A DNA stretch of 64,000 bases from an uncultured Gammaproteobacteria bacterium. Lineage in GTDB: Bacteria > Pseudomonadota > Gammaproteobacteria > Eutrophobiales > Eutrophobiaceae. The position numbers and the translations under genes are program-made. Shown here piece after piece: positions 27,101-42,100 of the stretch; position 1 is the first letter of the stretch, and each line of letters begins with the position of its first letter. Location: assembly GCA_943788815.1 (NCBI GenBank), contig CALSRS010000001.1:900069-964068 (forward strand), given 5' to 3'. The notes beneath the pieces were generated by a model, which made no database searches, was not told the DNA's origin, and saw nothing but the letters and a program-made list of their open reading frames with translations.

Positions 27101-30100
27101 GTTATAGGTAATCACCGTGCCATCGACTATTGCGCTTTCGTCAATTGACTGCAGGTCAAGACCTATGGTGGGATTCGCTGCGGCATTGACTGCGCCCGCA
27201 CCGGTGTTGTAACTCAACTGCTGAACAGCCGCAAAATTGACCTCATAGAAACCGGCATTATAACTCACATTAATATTGACAAGACCGGGGATACTGACAA
27301 AATCTACCCGATAATTTGAACCCAGGTCATCATAGCTAACGACAACATCACGCAGACCTGAAACGACACGTAGACGGTTCTGTATGGTCTCGGCGATGAT
27401 CTCCGGATCAGTATTCAGACTGCCGCTGCTGATAAGTGGTGCAGAAGAATTGCCAGCATAACTGAAGGTCATCGCCGCCGTGACGTTGACTTTAGGAATG
27501 ATCTGTTGCCGTGAATCTGCGCCGGTGTTGGCCGACACATTACCGGCACCATTATTATAGAATAATGAACCCGGTACCGCCGTGGCACGAAATTTATCCT
27601 CCAACAGGCCTGCCTGTATGCCGGTATCGGCATCAAGATCCGATGCCACAAGGGTAATCATGTTGTCACCATCGGAAAACTGGGTGCCGTCTACTATGGC
27701 TGCTTCAGGGATAAGCTGAGTCTGGGAGGTCTGCGCTATGGAGACAGTCAGGGCACGGACCATGTCCTGTACCTTGACAACACGCTCGAACACAAAGGGA
27801 TTACCGAACTGGTCAGTCTCCAGATCGCGAAGAACTATATTCCAGGGCGTTTCGACCGTTTCAAGGCCCGGGTCGGCGGCTACCGCATTGCGTCCATCGT
27901 TGAAACGCAACACACTGGTGACTGTATTCACGAAATCTATTTCAAAATAATTGTCTTCAATGCGGTGACGTACCGTGACAACATCGGGATTGGCCGGATC
28001 GACAAGTGGGTCGAGCACGGTTTGCAATAAACCTGCCTGAGTTTGCGGATTATTACTGATATCTGCAGCGGAAAGTGTAACGAGACTGCCTGCAAATCGG
28101 AACTGCGTACCGACTGCTATGGACCCGGCCTCGATAGCCTGCCTCTGTAATGTATTTGTAACAGTGGCACCGATATCGGCGTTGCCATCATCATAGAATA
28201 ATTGTTGTACGGTCGAGGTGCCAAGATCGATACTATAGGGATCTGTCGCACTGGAAAAACCTACAGTAAGATTACTGAGAGTAGGATCGAGCGTGCGCAG
28301 AAGAGTCTGCAACAGCCCTGCCTGAGTGTTACCGTCTGCATCAATATCCCCGGCGCCGAGAGTGACAATACTACCGTTATAACGAAATTGTGTACCCTCG
28401 ATTACGGCTGCTGTTGGCACCGTCTGTTGTGTAAGTGTGTCCTGGATAATACTGCTACCGGTGCCACTCACCCAGACATCATTGATATTACCCATACTTT
28501 CCAATGCCGCTGTAATCTCTGCGCCACTCATACCCCGGGTAATTTCAACCGACTGGCTACCATAACGAATCGCGGCATGGTCCTGCCACCCGGCGAGGAA
28601 TATTGATTGCGTTGCGAGCTCAGCACTACGCATGCTGCGCGAGAAAGACAAGTTATTGACAGCATCGCGGGGGGTGGTCTGGATAACAGTGGCACCCTGT
28701 TCAAAGCGTTCAACTCTCACGTCGAAGAAATCGCCATTAGATGTTACATCGGCTATGACAATACGTATATCCCAGACGCCGGCAGTAACGGTATTAAGCA
28801 CATCAACCCGCGTAACACCCTTAATGGATTCCAGTGCTGCCTTGAGATCAGCCTGGGTGAAGGCACCGTTGATGTCGACGCCGCTATTACCATACCAGGC
28901 TGTAACCGGTTTGCTGTTGTCTGCTGCCGTGGCGTCGAAGCGTTGAACACGCTTACCGGGCTCGGCAATGCTCGCACTGCTATGCTGTGGCGAATTGACA
29001 TTTTCAATGACTCTGAATGTGAAGCGCTTGAAGTCATTGCTACTACCGTCGGTTGGTGTCAGCGTTACAGTCCAGTCGCCATGATCGCCCGTTACTGCCA
29101 GAGTACTATTGGACAACTCCCGCACCATCACCATAGAACCGGTGGCTAATGGAAGGGAATCATAAAGTTTCACGAGCTCGGCCTCAATAGCTGCCGCGTT
29201 CATGGTGGAATCAATTACATACTCGCGCGATCCATAACCGATAATAGCCTGCTTGGCCAAACCCTCACTATCCAGGCCATTGATATCGAGCATGTCGTCA
29301 AGCACAATACGCTGCACAGAATTACCAACGGTAGACGCCGCTTGCAGTTCTCCGCCAATGGTTAAGCTGAGGATCTCATATTCTATACCGGTAACATCGG
29401 CATCATCAGGTGCAAAGATGACCTCAAACACGCCATTTGCGCCGGTGACAGAGACACTATGATCCGTCAGTACAGTCAGAATATTAAATGCATTTTCAAG
29501 CTCCGTTGCCGACATCTCATCGTCAACAGGAATAGTGGCATCGCCATAACTAACAATGCCGTTTGTGGCACCATTGAGATCGATATGCTGGATAAGATTG
29601 GCATGTGAAATGCGTGATTCATACTGGCGTGTCACCGCAAATTCAAGCAGATGATAAGCATCGCTACCATTTCTATTGGCATCATTAAACGCGAACGTCC
29701 AGGCATCGGCCGGATTAGTGCCGGCAACTATGGAAATATCATTGACACCATCAAGCTGGGTCTCCAGGGCTGTTTCAAGATCGGCTGCCAGTATCTCAAA
29801 GGTACCCGTGTCACGAGCCAGGGTGATAGTTGCCGTATTTCGGCCAAAATAAAATTCGGTACCTTCACGAACTATGGACGCTGAAAGAACCCGTGTCGCG
29901 TCATCCGTACCGCCGCTGCCGCGCTTGAGTGCCATGATACCCTTGCCTGCATCAAAGAGGATGTCCTCGGCTTCCGCCGATGGGAAGGTAACGATGAAGT
30001 CGCTGCCATCATGAGCTACCGTGACGCTTCCCAGATTAGCAATGGTACGCAGAAATATCTGTAATTTACCGGCCTGGATGTCTTCATCGTTATCGATATC

Positions 30101-33100
30101 GCTGCCCAGCAATACCACTGCCAGGTCTAGATAGCGGAACTCTACTTCAGCTGCGTTACTCGGCAACCCGATAAGCTGATGATCATTGACATCAGCGGCC
30201 GGTATGGTGGTGCCGATGGTGGTGCGTATGACAGTAGTGCTCGGGTCAAGGTTACCACCTCCTGCGGTCAGTTCCAGTTGCAGGTTATTGATACCACCGG
30301 CAAGTTGCGCGGTATTGGTAAACTCGAATGACCAGGGTTCGTCTTCAGTGGCGCTACCTGTAACAATAACTTCAGTTATATCCGCAATCCTGCTTTCAAG
30401 ACGTCCGCGGATGTCATTGGCAGCATCATCCTGTTCGATAACAATGCCCTCATCACCATACCAGAGGATCGCATCCTGACCGCTCCCAAGCTCCCAGGTG
30501 TTAATATGCAGGAGCTGGATACGATTCGCTTCAATCAGGTTTGCCGCCGTAGCTTTCTCAATCAACACAGGCTGATCGGCTGTCGCCGGGTCACCATCAT
30601 CCAGGTACAGATACTCGGCATCCGGATCATTGATGCGATAGAAACGCTGATCCACCCGCGTGTCGTCTCGCGGTGCAAGTGTTCCAATGTAGGACTGCAC
30701 ATCATAGTGATGCGCAAAACGTTTGAACTTGCCACTGGTATCGGTATTGGCTGAGATAAGGTTGATTTTCCAGGGATCTGCCAGCGTTCCGGCACCTGTT
30801 ACTATGACATCGCCAACCTGGCTCAGGCTCTCCAGCTTACTTTCAACTTCAGCGGCACTCATACCGGCGGCAATTTCAACACTGTTACCGGGAACAAGGA
30901 CATTATCAACGATGGTGTCGGGGATGCGGCCCGACTCGGTCACATTTTCATCGTAGCCATAGAACAGATTGACACGATCAAGACCGTCGGTTAGAAAAAC
31001 TTCCTGCAGGTGTTGATCGATGTTTGCAACAGAGGGATCAAAATTAGCCGCCTGGTTGACTGCAAACAATTGCGGTGCACCGTCATCTTCATATAGATAG
31101 ACGCCGTTGGCGGCAAGATCAAATCGATAAAAATAATGGCTCTCGCGCAAATCAGGATCACTGGCCACGGTTCCGTCTGGATTATCGGCCGAGACACCAT
31201 AGTTACCAGGGAAAACAGTATGTGTTCCATCAGTATCCCGTAGCGCACTCCACATTTTCGCCAGGTCTGAACCTAACTGCAATTCAACTACCTGAATATT
31301 GGTATCGAGAAGATCGGTGACATTTATACTATCGGTACCGGTGCGAGCATTAATGCGTACATTTTCGATGAGATCCAGCAGTAGCGGATTTCCGTCTACG
31401 GTCAGCCGCGCTGTGGTGTCAGTCGTTCCAGGTGCGGCATGTTCCAGTAGAATGACATTGGCACCATCAGCAGATTCCGCGATTTTGAGATCAAGCACAT
31501 CCAGATCACCTTCACCACCTGACATATCGAGCATGGCACCGGGGGCGATGGGTTCATAAAGCCAGGAAATGGTGTCATTGCCGCTACCGGCATCGACAAC
31601 AGTTGCACCGGAACCCGCATCGATAATATCGTTACCCTGTTCACCGTAGATAGTATTAAAACCGTCTCCAGCCATGATTTCATCGAAGCCGTGACCACCA
31701 CGGATAATATCATCACCAGCACCTCCATCAATGATATCACCACTGAAATTACGCACGGTGAAGTTATCATCAGTGAGTACAACCAGTGTACCAAGACCAG
31801 TCGTAGGGTCCGGCGTATTGTCGATGGGACGCCCCATCGCATCATAATGATCAAAAGGTGTACCATCTGCCTGATAGAAATTAGAGGCACGCACCTGATC
31901 ACCAGCGGCATATCCAGAGCCTTTCTTGGTTGAATAAAGGGCGATATCGGCAGTACTATCCGGTGCGTCGAATTTATCATACTCATCGCCACCATCGAGA
32001 TAATCATTACCGCCGTTGGTAATCAGAACATCGAAACCATCAAAAACGGTATTACTACCATCACCATTATCGTCTATGCCACCAATTGCACGCTCACTAC
32101 CGTCCGCACCCATAATTGTGTCGTCACCCAGACCCCCCTGAAGCAGCACGCCATCGTAAAGGGTATTGACACCCGTGACCTTGACACGATCATCCTTGAG
32201 ACCACCCTGCAACTTGTAAGGCAGCGGATTACCAACGGTTGCGGCCAGCCCCAGTAAAGAGGCATCAATATTAATATAGTCCTCTCCATCCTCGCCGAGG
32301 ATGGTGATTGATTGCATCCAGTCAACACCGTCGTTATCAACATCACCTGCCGAGATGACGACATCAGCACCATCACCCAAAGTCAAATTCAGATGATCGA
32401 TGCGTCCGTCAATTTTCTTAAAATCATAGACATCATTACCATCCGTGCCTTCGGTAAAAATGGTATCAATCTCGGACAGCTCAAAGACCTCGACTCTGAT
32501 GTTATTACTGACTATTAATACTTCGGTTTCGGATCCGGCCCGGAGAGCAGCTAACTGGTTAGCAAGGGCTTGTTCTTCAGATACCGAGGTATAGGCGGGA
32601 TCTAGATAGCCGTTCTCAATCAGGAATGCCTGGGTGAGATCATCATCAACGGCTAACACTTCAATCTTGTATTGATGTGCGGCAACATGGCCATGGTCGT
32701 TCAGATATACATTATTACTTGCATCTCGATAACTCAGTGTAAGTGTATCTGTTGTTGTATCGAGCTGGGCTATGTCAGTTGGCGCATCAAGAGTACATTC
32801 CCAATCAAAGCTCGCGATGACCTCATCGACAAAACGCTCCATAGCCTCGAACAGTGTGATGGTACTGAATCCCAGATCAATCCCGATCCAGAAAAAGGCC
32901 TCAAGGAAAACGGTTAACTCGCCTTGTACATCGAACAGGCATTCCGGACCTTGGGTGATACGTTCAAGTATTTCACCACCAAAGAACTTACCGTCACCGA
33001 CTGGTAGATCGTTGAGAATTTCTGTTTCCTTGTCGTTGAGATCAAATTCGATAGTAGCCTCGATACCACCTTTCACCCCCGCCTCAACGATGCCCCCGAT

Positions 33101-36100
33101 CCCCAAGCTGGCAATAGCGCCAAGCTGGGCGATAAGCGTAACTTCTGGCTCGTCTGAATCCGTATTTTCCTGACCATGATCGTCCAGATAGAAGCCGTTG
33201 ATAATGCGCCAGGACTCTGCAGGATCAAAATCAAGAGCCATCCACTCACTCAGACCAGTGGTATCAAAACCGAAATCAAAATTGGTATAGGCACCAATCT
33301 TGCCAAAGATACCTACGTTTAGTCCGGGAAATACCGGATAGGTAACCTCATGCTCAAATTCCAGTGCGAGATCCGGAAGGTCGTACCAGAATAGATCGGC
33401 CTCACCACGGCCAAGCACGAAATCAAGCAGTGTAAGTGGGTCCTCCAGAACCGGGATACTAAAATTCTTTGTTGGGGGACGTTTCTTGGTCTTCGTCGCG
33501 CTACTCTTGGTGGAATCGTTGTTATCGAGACCCTGCTGATCGGGGCCCTGCAGCTTTTTCTTCTGATCATCAGTGAGATTGGAATCATCCATAACCGCAC
33601 CGGCAGCATCCTCTTCCTGAATATCTGCATCCGGATCTTCAAGCGTACTTTCAGTGAGATTAAAGGTGCCAAAATTAATCTCACCAGCATCAGCCAGGTC
33701 CACCACGGTTTCCAGAAACTCGATGGTACTCTGAATAACCAATAAGACCTTGGTCATGGTATCGACCGTCTGGCCTGGCAACCGTATGCGGGCGATATCT
33801 ATAAATCGGATCGGCGGATCGGCGATACCGCCAAGGGGAAATTCCATCAATAGAATGTCAATTACCGGTTTGATCGGTTCAACAATTTCATAGATGCCTT
33901 CGAGTGTCTCCAGTAGGAAACTATCAAATAAGCTGCCAACATCCAGGGTTACATCTTCGAGAATTAACGAAGGTGAACCAACATCGATCTCAAAACCACC
34001 ATCGGTGGAAAGCATGATCTCGCCCAGTAACTGGCTGTAACGGATGGTAGCAGAGACAGACGGCAGGAATTCTGCAGCAACGGTTTCGATTTCACCAAAC
34101 AGGTTGGCTTCTGCAAACGCCGAGGCAATAAGGGCGAAATCAACGCCTTCTCCGATTTCCCAGCGACCATCTGCATTGGCATCACGGATATCAAGACCAA
34201 GATGACCGCTGAGACCAGTATTGCCAAGTGAATTGCCATTTTCATCCTCGGTATCAAAATTCATCTTCAGAAAACCCAGCGTCCCCGTCGCGGTCGAGCC
34301 AGGGACAAGACTGGCATCAACATCAAGCGCGATCTCTTCACCTGCGATATTAACGCCGCTGGTATCAACGAAGACACCGATGTCTGGTATGCCGCTCTGG
34401 CTTAGGTTACCAATACCCAGTCCGATACCCATCAGATAATCAATCCGGGTGTCTATGGCGACGTCAACATCCAGATTCAGTCCTGGGATGCCGGCTGAGA
34501 AATCAATAGGTAATTCACCATCAACCAGGACACCACCAAACTTGAGATTAAAGGTTAATAGGCCGTTTGGTGTGAAGGTGAGTTCAATATCTTCAAAGCT
34601 GGTGGGTAGGCGTACCTGTAACTTGCCATTATCATCATAGAGATAGGCTCCATCTGCATCGACAATAGGAACCACGAAGGCAAACAGGGCATCCTCGACA
34701 GTGTCCGTATCTGGATCCAGGCCAAGCGAACGGTTGAGATCATCAAAACCACTGAATAAGGCCTTACGTAACTCGTCTAGTACAGAGTCAAAAACACTGG
34801 TTACGCCGGTGTCTATCTTATCCTGCAACCACTCCCCGAGTTTTTCACCGTCGTAATCAGTACCGATTAATTCGCCAAGCACACTGGTACGCAAACCACG
34901 CAGACTATTGGCGAGATCGTCAAAGGCCTCACCGCCGATCAGGGGCAGTTCAATGGAATCAACACCATCTGCAACAAGATCAATACCATCGAAAAATCCT
35001 TCAATACCATTAAGCATGTTGACGGGATTGTCAATATAGGCAATGAAGGCCTGCACTGCATCAAAATCGAGGCTAATGTTTGGTAGAGAAAACTCGAAGT
35101 CTGTTTGAAAGTCGAAATTTTCATCAATAGAGAATTCTGCGCTAGCATATAGTGCGTTATCAGCAAAACCGTTTCCGTCGCGGTCTGTCTCAAAACCACC
35201 AAGCGGTAAGGATTTAATTGGAAAATACATTGGCAGATCCGCCATGGCACTACCAAAGGCCTCAGCCTGAAAGGCACCGTTTAACTCACTAACATCAAGA
35301 ATACCGTCACCATCGCGGTCGGCAGAAGGATCACCCAGATTGGCGTAAAATCCCAGATCTATCTGTGCTGAACCATCTACTATAAAGAGACCGAGCGGCG
35401 GTAAGTTAATCGGACCAACGGCCGGTAGATCGATTGCCAGCGTGGCATCAATATCCGGTGCTGTACCCGAAATACTTGCGGCGATACCCGTATCCTGATC
35501 AACATAGAATATTGGTTCAAAAATATCACTTAGATCAAATCCAAAACCCAGATGCAGGCTGGCATGAGCATCGACCTCAATCGGTGCTGTCAGGCTGATA
35601 TCAAGCACATCCCCTGGATTGAAGCCCAGCCATTGCTGCAGGTTTAGTTCATCGATATCAAGGTTGAGATCAAATGTACGATCCGCCAAGGGACGATCTT
35701 CAAGATCAAAAGCAAAGTCGAGATCAAAATCAAAAGCTGAATTTTCATACTTCAGCGTGACCGGGTTTAATGCCAGTGTTACGTCACCGGTCACATCCTG
35801 CAGGAATGAATTTATTTCACTGTTTAATAGCGCCTCGGCCTCTTTAATATTACGCGCAGTTTCCCGCACAGTCCGCACAGCATCTCCAATACCGCGAGCA
35901 AAGCTGACAGATCCCCCGCCTAGAAGGTCGGCGGTGCTCTTGCCAAGTAAGGCTATTTCATCATAGAGGGCGCCATTTTTTATATTAAATGTGCCCAAAT
36001 CACCCATTGAGGTGCCAGCATCATCAATCAAGTTAACATTATCTTCACTTAATGCGTTTAGTTCGCGGATAAGAACATCGTTGGCTTCCTCCACCCTGTC

Positions 36101-39100
36101 AAGACCAAAGGCGGTCGCTTCGTACACTTCCAATATCAGATCACCCGATGGACGTACCTCGCGGCCAAAATATGAGGTTCCCAAATACTCCCATTCATAC
36201 ATGCGCAACTTGCTTCCATCTTCGAGAATTACAACCTTCGATATCTGATCTCCATCAACACCGTTAACAGGGTTATAGATACCTGTAACAAACGTGGTTC
36301 CACTCGATGACCAGCGTTCGGTATAAATCTCAAGCTGGCCATTTTCGAGCTGGCCCTCGCTGTTTAATGTCCCTCCGACGATCCGACCCAGTACGTCGCG
36401 ATCCACACCCACCATCTCATCCACCAGAGTCTCCAGAGCTTCGAGGATGAGGTCGAGGGAAATCCCATTGAAGCTGAATAAATCTTCAAGACCTGAAATC
36501 TCGATAATATTCGGCAAATTCAGCAAAAAGCCTGCCAGTCCAGCATCTTCAGGTAAAGCACTTGAAGTCGCCGATATCAGTGCCGAACCATCACTCAACT
36601 CGCCAAAGGCACCGGTTGGAACAATAGGCAATAAGAGCTCTAACTCCGTATTGCCACCAAGAGATGGAAAACCGAGTAGACCACCATTGCTATCACCCGT
36701 GATAGCATCCAGTGTCAACCTCCCTGGAATACCAAGTTCAATTTCGGTATCAAAATAAGCCAGACCATCTTCAACTGCGATACCGATAGGGCCTAGACTT
36801 GCTTCAAGTGAGAAGGCCTTACGGATTTGACCGCTGACGGTATCAGAATCAATGAACTCTTCGACTAGAATTTCAGTATCCCCATCAACCAGGGTGACAT
36901 CCAATACAGTGTAAACACCTGGATTATCAAGCGAACCTGTGACATAAAAAGTATCACCAACCTGAAGGTTTACTGCAAAGCGATCGGTGCCGGTATGATT
37001 ACCGGTAACAGTAAAACTATTATTTTCGCTATCCACAGCAATAATTTCGAGGGGCGCATCACCAAAACTCAACCCTGCAGCGAAAGTGGGGTCACTTACA
37101 AAGAAAGTGCCATTATCAGACAGACCAAAACTAAAATTCAGACCCAGATCTGCACTAAATATAAACGGGTTTGATTGTTCAATCTCCAGACCAATGTCGA
37201 TCGCAGGAAAGTTAAAATCGCCCGGGAAGTCGAGCGTCAGGCCATCAAGAGAAAGGTCAATCTCCTGCCTGAAAGAGGCAAGATCGATTTCAGCGCGAAA
37301 CTCGGTAAGATTTGAGGAATCCGTCGCAGCAAGGGATATGGAACGTCCTGCCGACAATAATCTGGAATTGACCACTTGGCGGAGCTCGTCGGTATCAGGT
37401 TCAAGCACATCAATATCATTGAAGTAATTCATCACCTCATCTGCGAGGGCACCCAGATCGTCTAATATCAACTGTGTTATGGAATCCAATGCCCCATCCA
37501 GTCCAAGCAGCGACGAGATACTTTTATCGGTAAAAGGCAGATCACCGGCACTATTAATATAATCAGCGATATCGTCTCCGATATTCTCCGCCCAGTCGGA
37601 AAACTGGTCCAGGCCATGACCCAGGGCGTTTTTATCAACACCGAGTATATCAGCGGCATCCGTGGTCGTTGGCAACGCCCTGACGTCGGCGGAAACCTCG
37701 GCATTCATGATTGAGCCAACAGTGCTGATGTCGACGAGACCGAGTACATGGCCAATCTCATGGGCTGCAACGGTAAGCAGGTCAATGGTGCCATCGCCGG
37801 GGGCCGGCCCGGTGGCGGCATTGGTATGCCAACCATAGCCAGCGGCATCATCGTCTATAAAAATAACAAATTCACCACTACCATTAAGTCCGGCATGCCC
37901 GAGGATCAGGTCATCAAGAAAGTCAGGGTGAGTTTCAAAGTCAATTACTTCATAACTGATGGTATCAAGCTGGTTCAGAACCGGAGAATCTGCTGATAAC
38001 GGGCCGATGGCCCAGCTGGCAATCGCCGCATCCTTAACTTCCTGGGCGATGTCGTCACCAAGGGTCAGGGTGCTGCCCTGTAATGAAGGTCCCGGCCCAT
38101 CGGCAGCCACCTGAGGCAGGAAGAATTTTTTCTTTAATTTTTTTGCAAGCTTTTCACCGAATGAGTCCGTGCTTACCACTTCAAAATTGCCATATGCCAC
38201 TACCGAATCTGTGACTACGCCACCAACCTCAAAATAATAAATAGTTGGTGAATTGTCTCCGATGATACTGATCAGATCGCCGACCGGGTTCTCGCTAAAT
38301 AGATTGGCAATCCCGTCGACTGCCTGTCGTATTAGGGTATCCTTCGGTAATGCTGAGAAATCAAGGATATCGAGACCACCACCACTGATGACAATGTCGT
38401 GGCCCCAGCCGGATTCAAACGAGAAAACATTGCTACCATGATTACCGATAAGTAAATCATTACCTTCGCCACCACGGGCGTTTTCAATGCTGGTAAAAAT
38501 ACTGGCATCGTTCGGTGCGGGACTGAACTTAATCAATCCCGGGGCATCGGCAATCATTTTTGTACCTGCTATGATGCCGGTTGTGGTTGTGGTGAGGGCT
38601 GGTGTGACACCGTCCGTCACCAGATACCATGTTTTGCCAGCAGCGCCAATGAGGACATTGACATTGCCACTGCCAACCGCACCCAGGTCTTCAAGTTCAC
38701 TCATAAGGGTTGATGCGTTGGCATCGAATGAAATCTGTGAGGTTTTATCGGCCCCATCACTTATTGAGAAGATACCAGCATCGGCATCGATGCTGAGGAC
38801 TTCATAGACTTGTGCCAGACTGCCACCGGCATTGACGGCAATGCTGACTCCTGGCGGCACGGTGCCAATTTTACCGATAACAAGCATAATGTCCTCGGCG
38901 CTACCGATATAAGCATCCCCATCAATGCCGTTAACTGCGGCGGCAAGCCCGGAGGCTACATCCTGGGGAGTGTCTCCACTGGTAACTGTGTACATGTAAG
39001 CATTAGTGTCCACGGTCACGACCCATTCGTCACCAACGACAACAGACACCGCTGTAAGGTCGATGGTTACCGTAACGACATTGGTCCCCAGAGTCATATC

Positions 39101-42100
39101 GGCGGTATTGGGACCCAGAACCGACAACGCGGTGGCCGTCCCGCTCGGATCTGTAACCACAATCGTCGAACCGTCGGCTGCAGCAGCAAGATTAATGGTC
39201 TCCGAGGCATCAAGTTTGCGTGCCAGCTTGGCAGCGATAATTTCGAGTGTATCACTGGACTTGGCTTCATATTCGTAATCCGTCCCGCCGTAGGTGATTC
39301 GCCAAATATCACTTGCGTTTACAGTGCCGGTGAGTTGAATCGTTTCGGAGACTGCAGTTACAGTATCTATTGGAGCACTCATAACAGGTTCAATGCGCGT
39401 CTCAATCACAGGAACAACGGTCGCACCCGGTTTCACCATGACAATGCTCAGACCCTCAACCATTGCCACCACATCACCGCTCATATTTATTTCAGATGCA
39501 AGGCCGGCAAGGGTATCGGCGAGATTGACCGTGGCTACAGGATGCGTGAAGTCCTCTATATCAACCGTGATGACCCAGGTATCACCCACCACCGGTGTGC
39601 CCTGTAGCGCGATGAGTGTCGTGGAGGCGCTGTTTAGTACTGAGATAGATCCTTGTGCCCCGTCAATGCTTGCATTAGGTAAACCGCCCAGGATATTCGA
39701 GATAATTACATCGTTGTTCAAGGCTTTGGCGGTGATACCCTCCGCTGCATCAATGAGTGCGGCCAGGTCCAGCGCAAGCTGGTCGTGGGTGGGTGGTGTG
39801 GACGGGATAGTGACCTCGTAGTCGATGCCCTGGACAGTGATCTTCCAGATATCACCATTAACCAGAGTATTGGTCTGATCCAGCGTGACGACCTGAGTTT
39901 CGATAGCCTCGATGGTCGCCGAACCCGGCGACGGTCCACTTGCAAAACCATACTGAGATAGAATTGTCCCAGCAGCAAAGGTCAGACCACTGGAATCAAG
40001 AGAGATTGATTTTATCTCGGTGGTAGAATCGGTTTTGAATTGCGTGCCATCGGGCGTCTTGAAACTGATGACGAAGGTTCCGGCCTCGGTACCCGCCGTA
40101 ACCTCAACATTGAGTTCCCTGCCATCTTCAAGCATGGTGACATTATTTCCATCGACATCTTTGAAATGGGTAAATCCGCCATCAAGATTCAGTGCATTGG
40201 CGATGTTCTGACGAAGCACAGAGGCATCGGGATCAAATGAAATTACCTCCGTGGTAAGTATACGCTTGGCAATAGGTTTCCCGATAAGATCCGTCACACC
40301 CAAATATCCAGCGATCTCACTCAGGGCACCACTATCGTCTTCAAAACTGAGTTTGAACGTCCCACCGTCGGCATTCCCGATATCGACGATTTGTTTTAGA
40401 TCACCATCATCATCGAATTCATATACACCAGTTGATTCCAGTACGATGGTGGCCCCCGTGGTATTGCCCTTATAACTGATGGTATCAGCACCGCTACCAC
40501 CGTTGACCGTGTCCTGTCCACCAGCACCGATGACAAAAAGATTGGCATCCCGATTGCCAGTGATAAAATCATTTCCAGAAGTGCCAATAACATTATCCAG
40601 ACCCGAAACCGCATGTTTACGGAAAAAATCATCGGCCACGCCAGCATCACCAAAGATCTCACCGATACCTCCAAACCGATAGCCTAGGAAACCCTGCGCA
40701 AGTCCGAAGTTCTGTTTTATTCCCTGTGTCTTTCCAAGCAGGGGAATTGTGATAGAAGGAATCAGTACGCGCTCACCGGTGCTAGCATCGACGATGATAC
40801 CGGCGTCGGCACCGCCGTCGACCGTGGTATAGGCAAAGGGTGAGACAGCTTCACCATCGGGATTGACCAACCCAGAGGCATTGACTATCAAGTTTTCAAG
40901 ATTTGCAGTTGAATCGAAGGTGACCTCAAATACACCGGCGGCGATACTCAGGGGTTCCACCGCCACCGTGATGCCCGCCGCACTGAGCAGGATATCTAGT
41001 TCTGTTTTGATATTAGTAGCCGTGGTTGTTGGCGCGAGGTCAATGGCAATATTGTTGGTCGGCGGCAGGGGGGTTCCGGGATTATCGGGGTCATCGATGG
41101 TGAGGGTAAAGTTCTGACCGTGATTGGCCCCCCGCAAATCGATGACCTGCCGTTCCTTGATGATGCCGGAAGGGTCGCCATATTTAGAGTAATCCAGCAC
41201 AACTTTACCGGTGAGACCAGTGGCAGTTATGGTACCGGGCAGGGTTGCCCCGTCATGCAGGACAAAGGTATTTATCCCTTTACCACCAATAATATTTTCA
41301 ATATCGGTGGCGAACACAACACTACCGGACACCACCTCAAAAAATGGCGTGCCTGCCAGAAAATCACGGATGATCGGCAAGTCGGCGATGGTACTGTCGC
41401 GGGCGATGATAAAGGTCATGCCCACATCGAGGAAATCAGAAAGATTACTGGGCCCCGTTGCTCCCTGAAGTGCATTTACCTGGGACTGAAACTGCCCGGC
41501 AAGCGCATCCTTGTTCTGTGAGGTCACCTCGTAAATATCGAAGCGCATATTGGAGGCGATACCCGAAAAATCCAGGGTATCCTGACCATCGGTCAGATCA
41601 CCAACAAATGGGATAGGATTGGGCAGTTCAAGTACCGCACCCAAGCCCCAGAAACCATTGAATTTGTAGGTATCACCACCGCTGAGTCCAGCAAGCACAT
41701 GAACACCCGGATTAAACGGGGTATCCATTAAACTGCCCAGTTCCACCTTCAGCTTAGCTTTTAGCTCTTTTAGCAAGAGCTTTTGTGCCTCGGTTTTCAA
41801 GGCCTTAGCTACGAACGCAGCAGCCTTACCAACATCGCTCTCCGGTGGATTAGCAGTAAGCGCTCCGAATTTCGCCATCAGCTGGCCGAGCTTGGAATTC
41901 GGGTTACTCGCATCGAGTAAGGCCGTACCCTCGAAGATCTTGGTACCGCCGGTTTTGAGTTGCTTGGTCAGATAGTCAAACAGTGTCTGACCCTTGTTCA
42001 GCGTAAAGACATCACCGCCGAAAAGATTGCTGAGGATATTTCCACCGACGGCACTGAATCCACCACCATTAGCCGTTTCAAAGAGGCTGTCAATATACAG

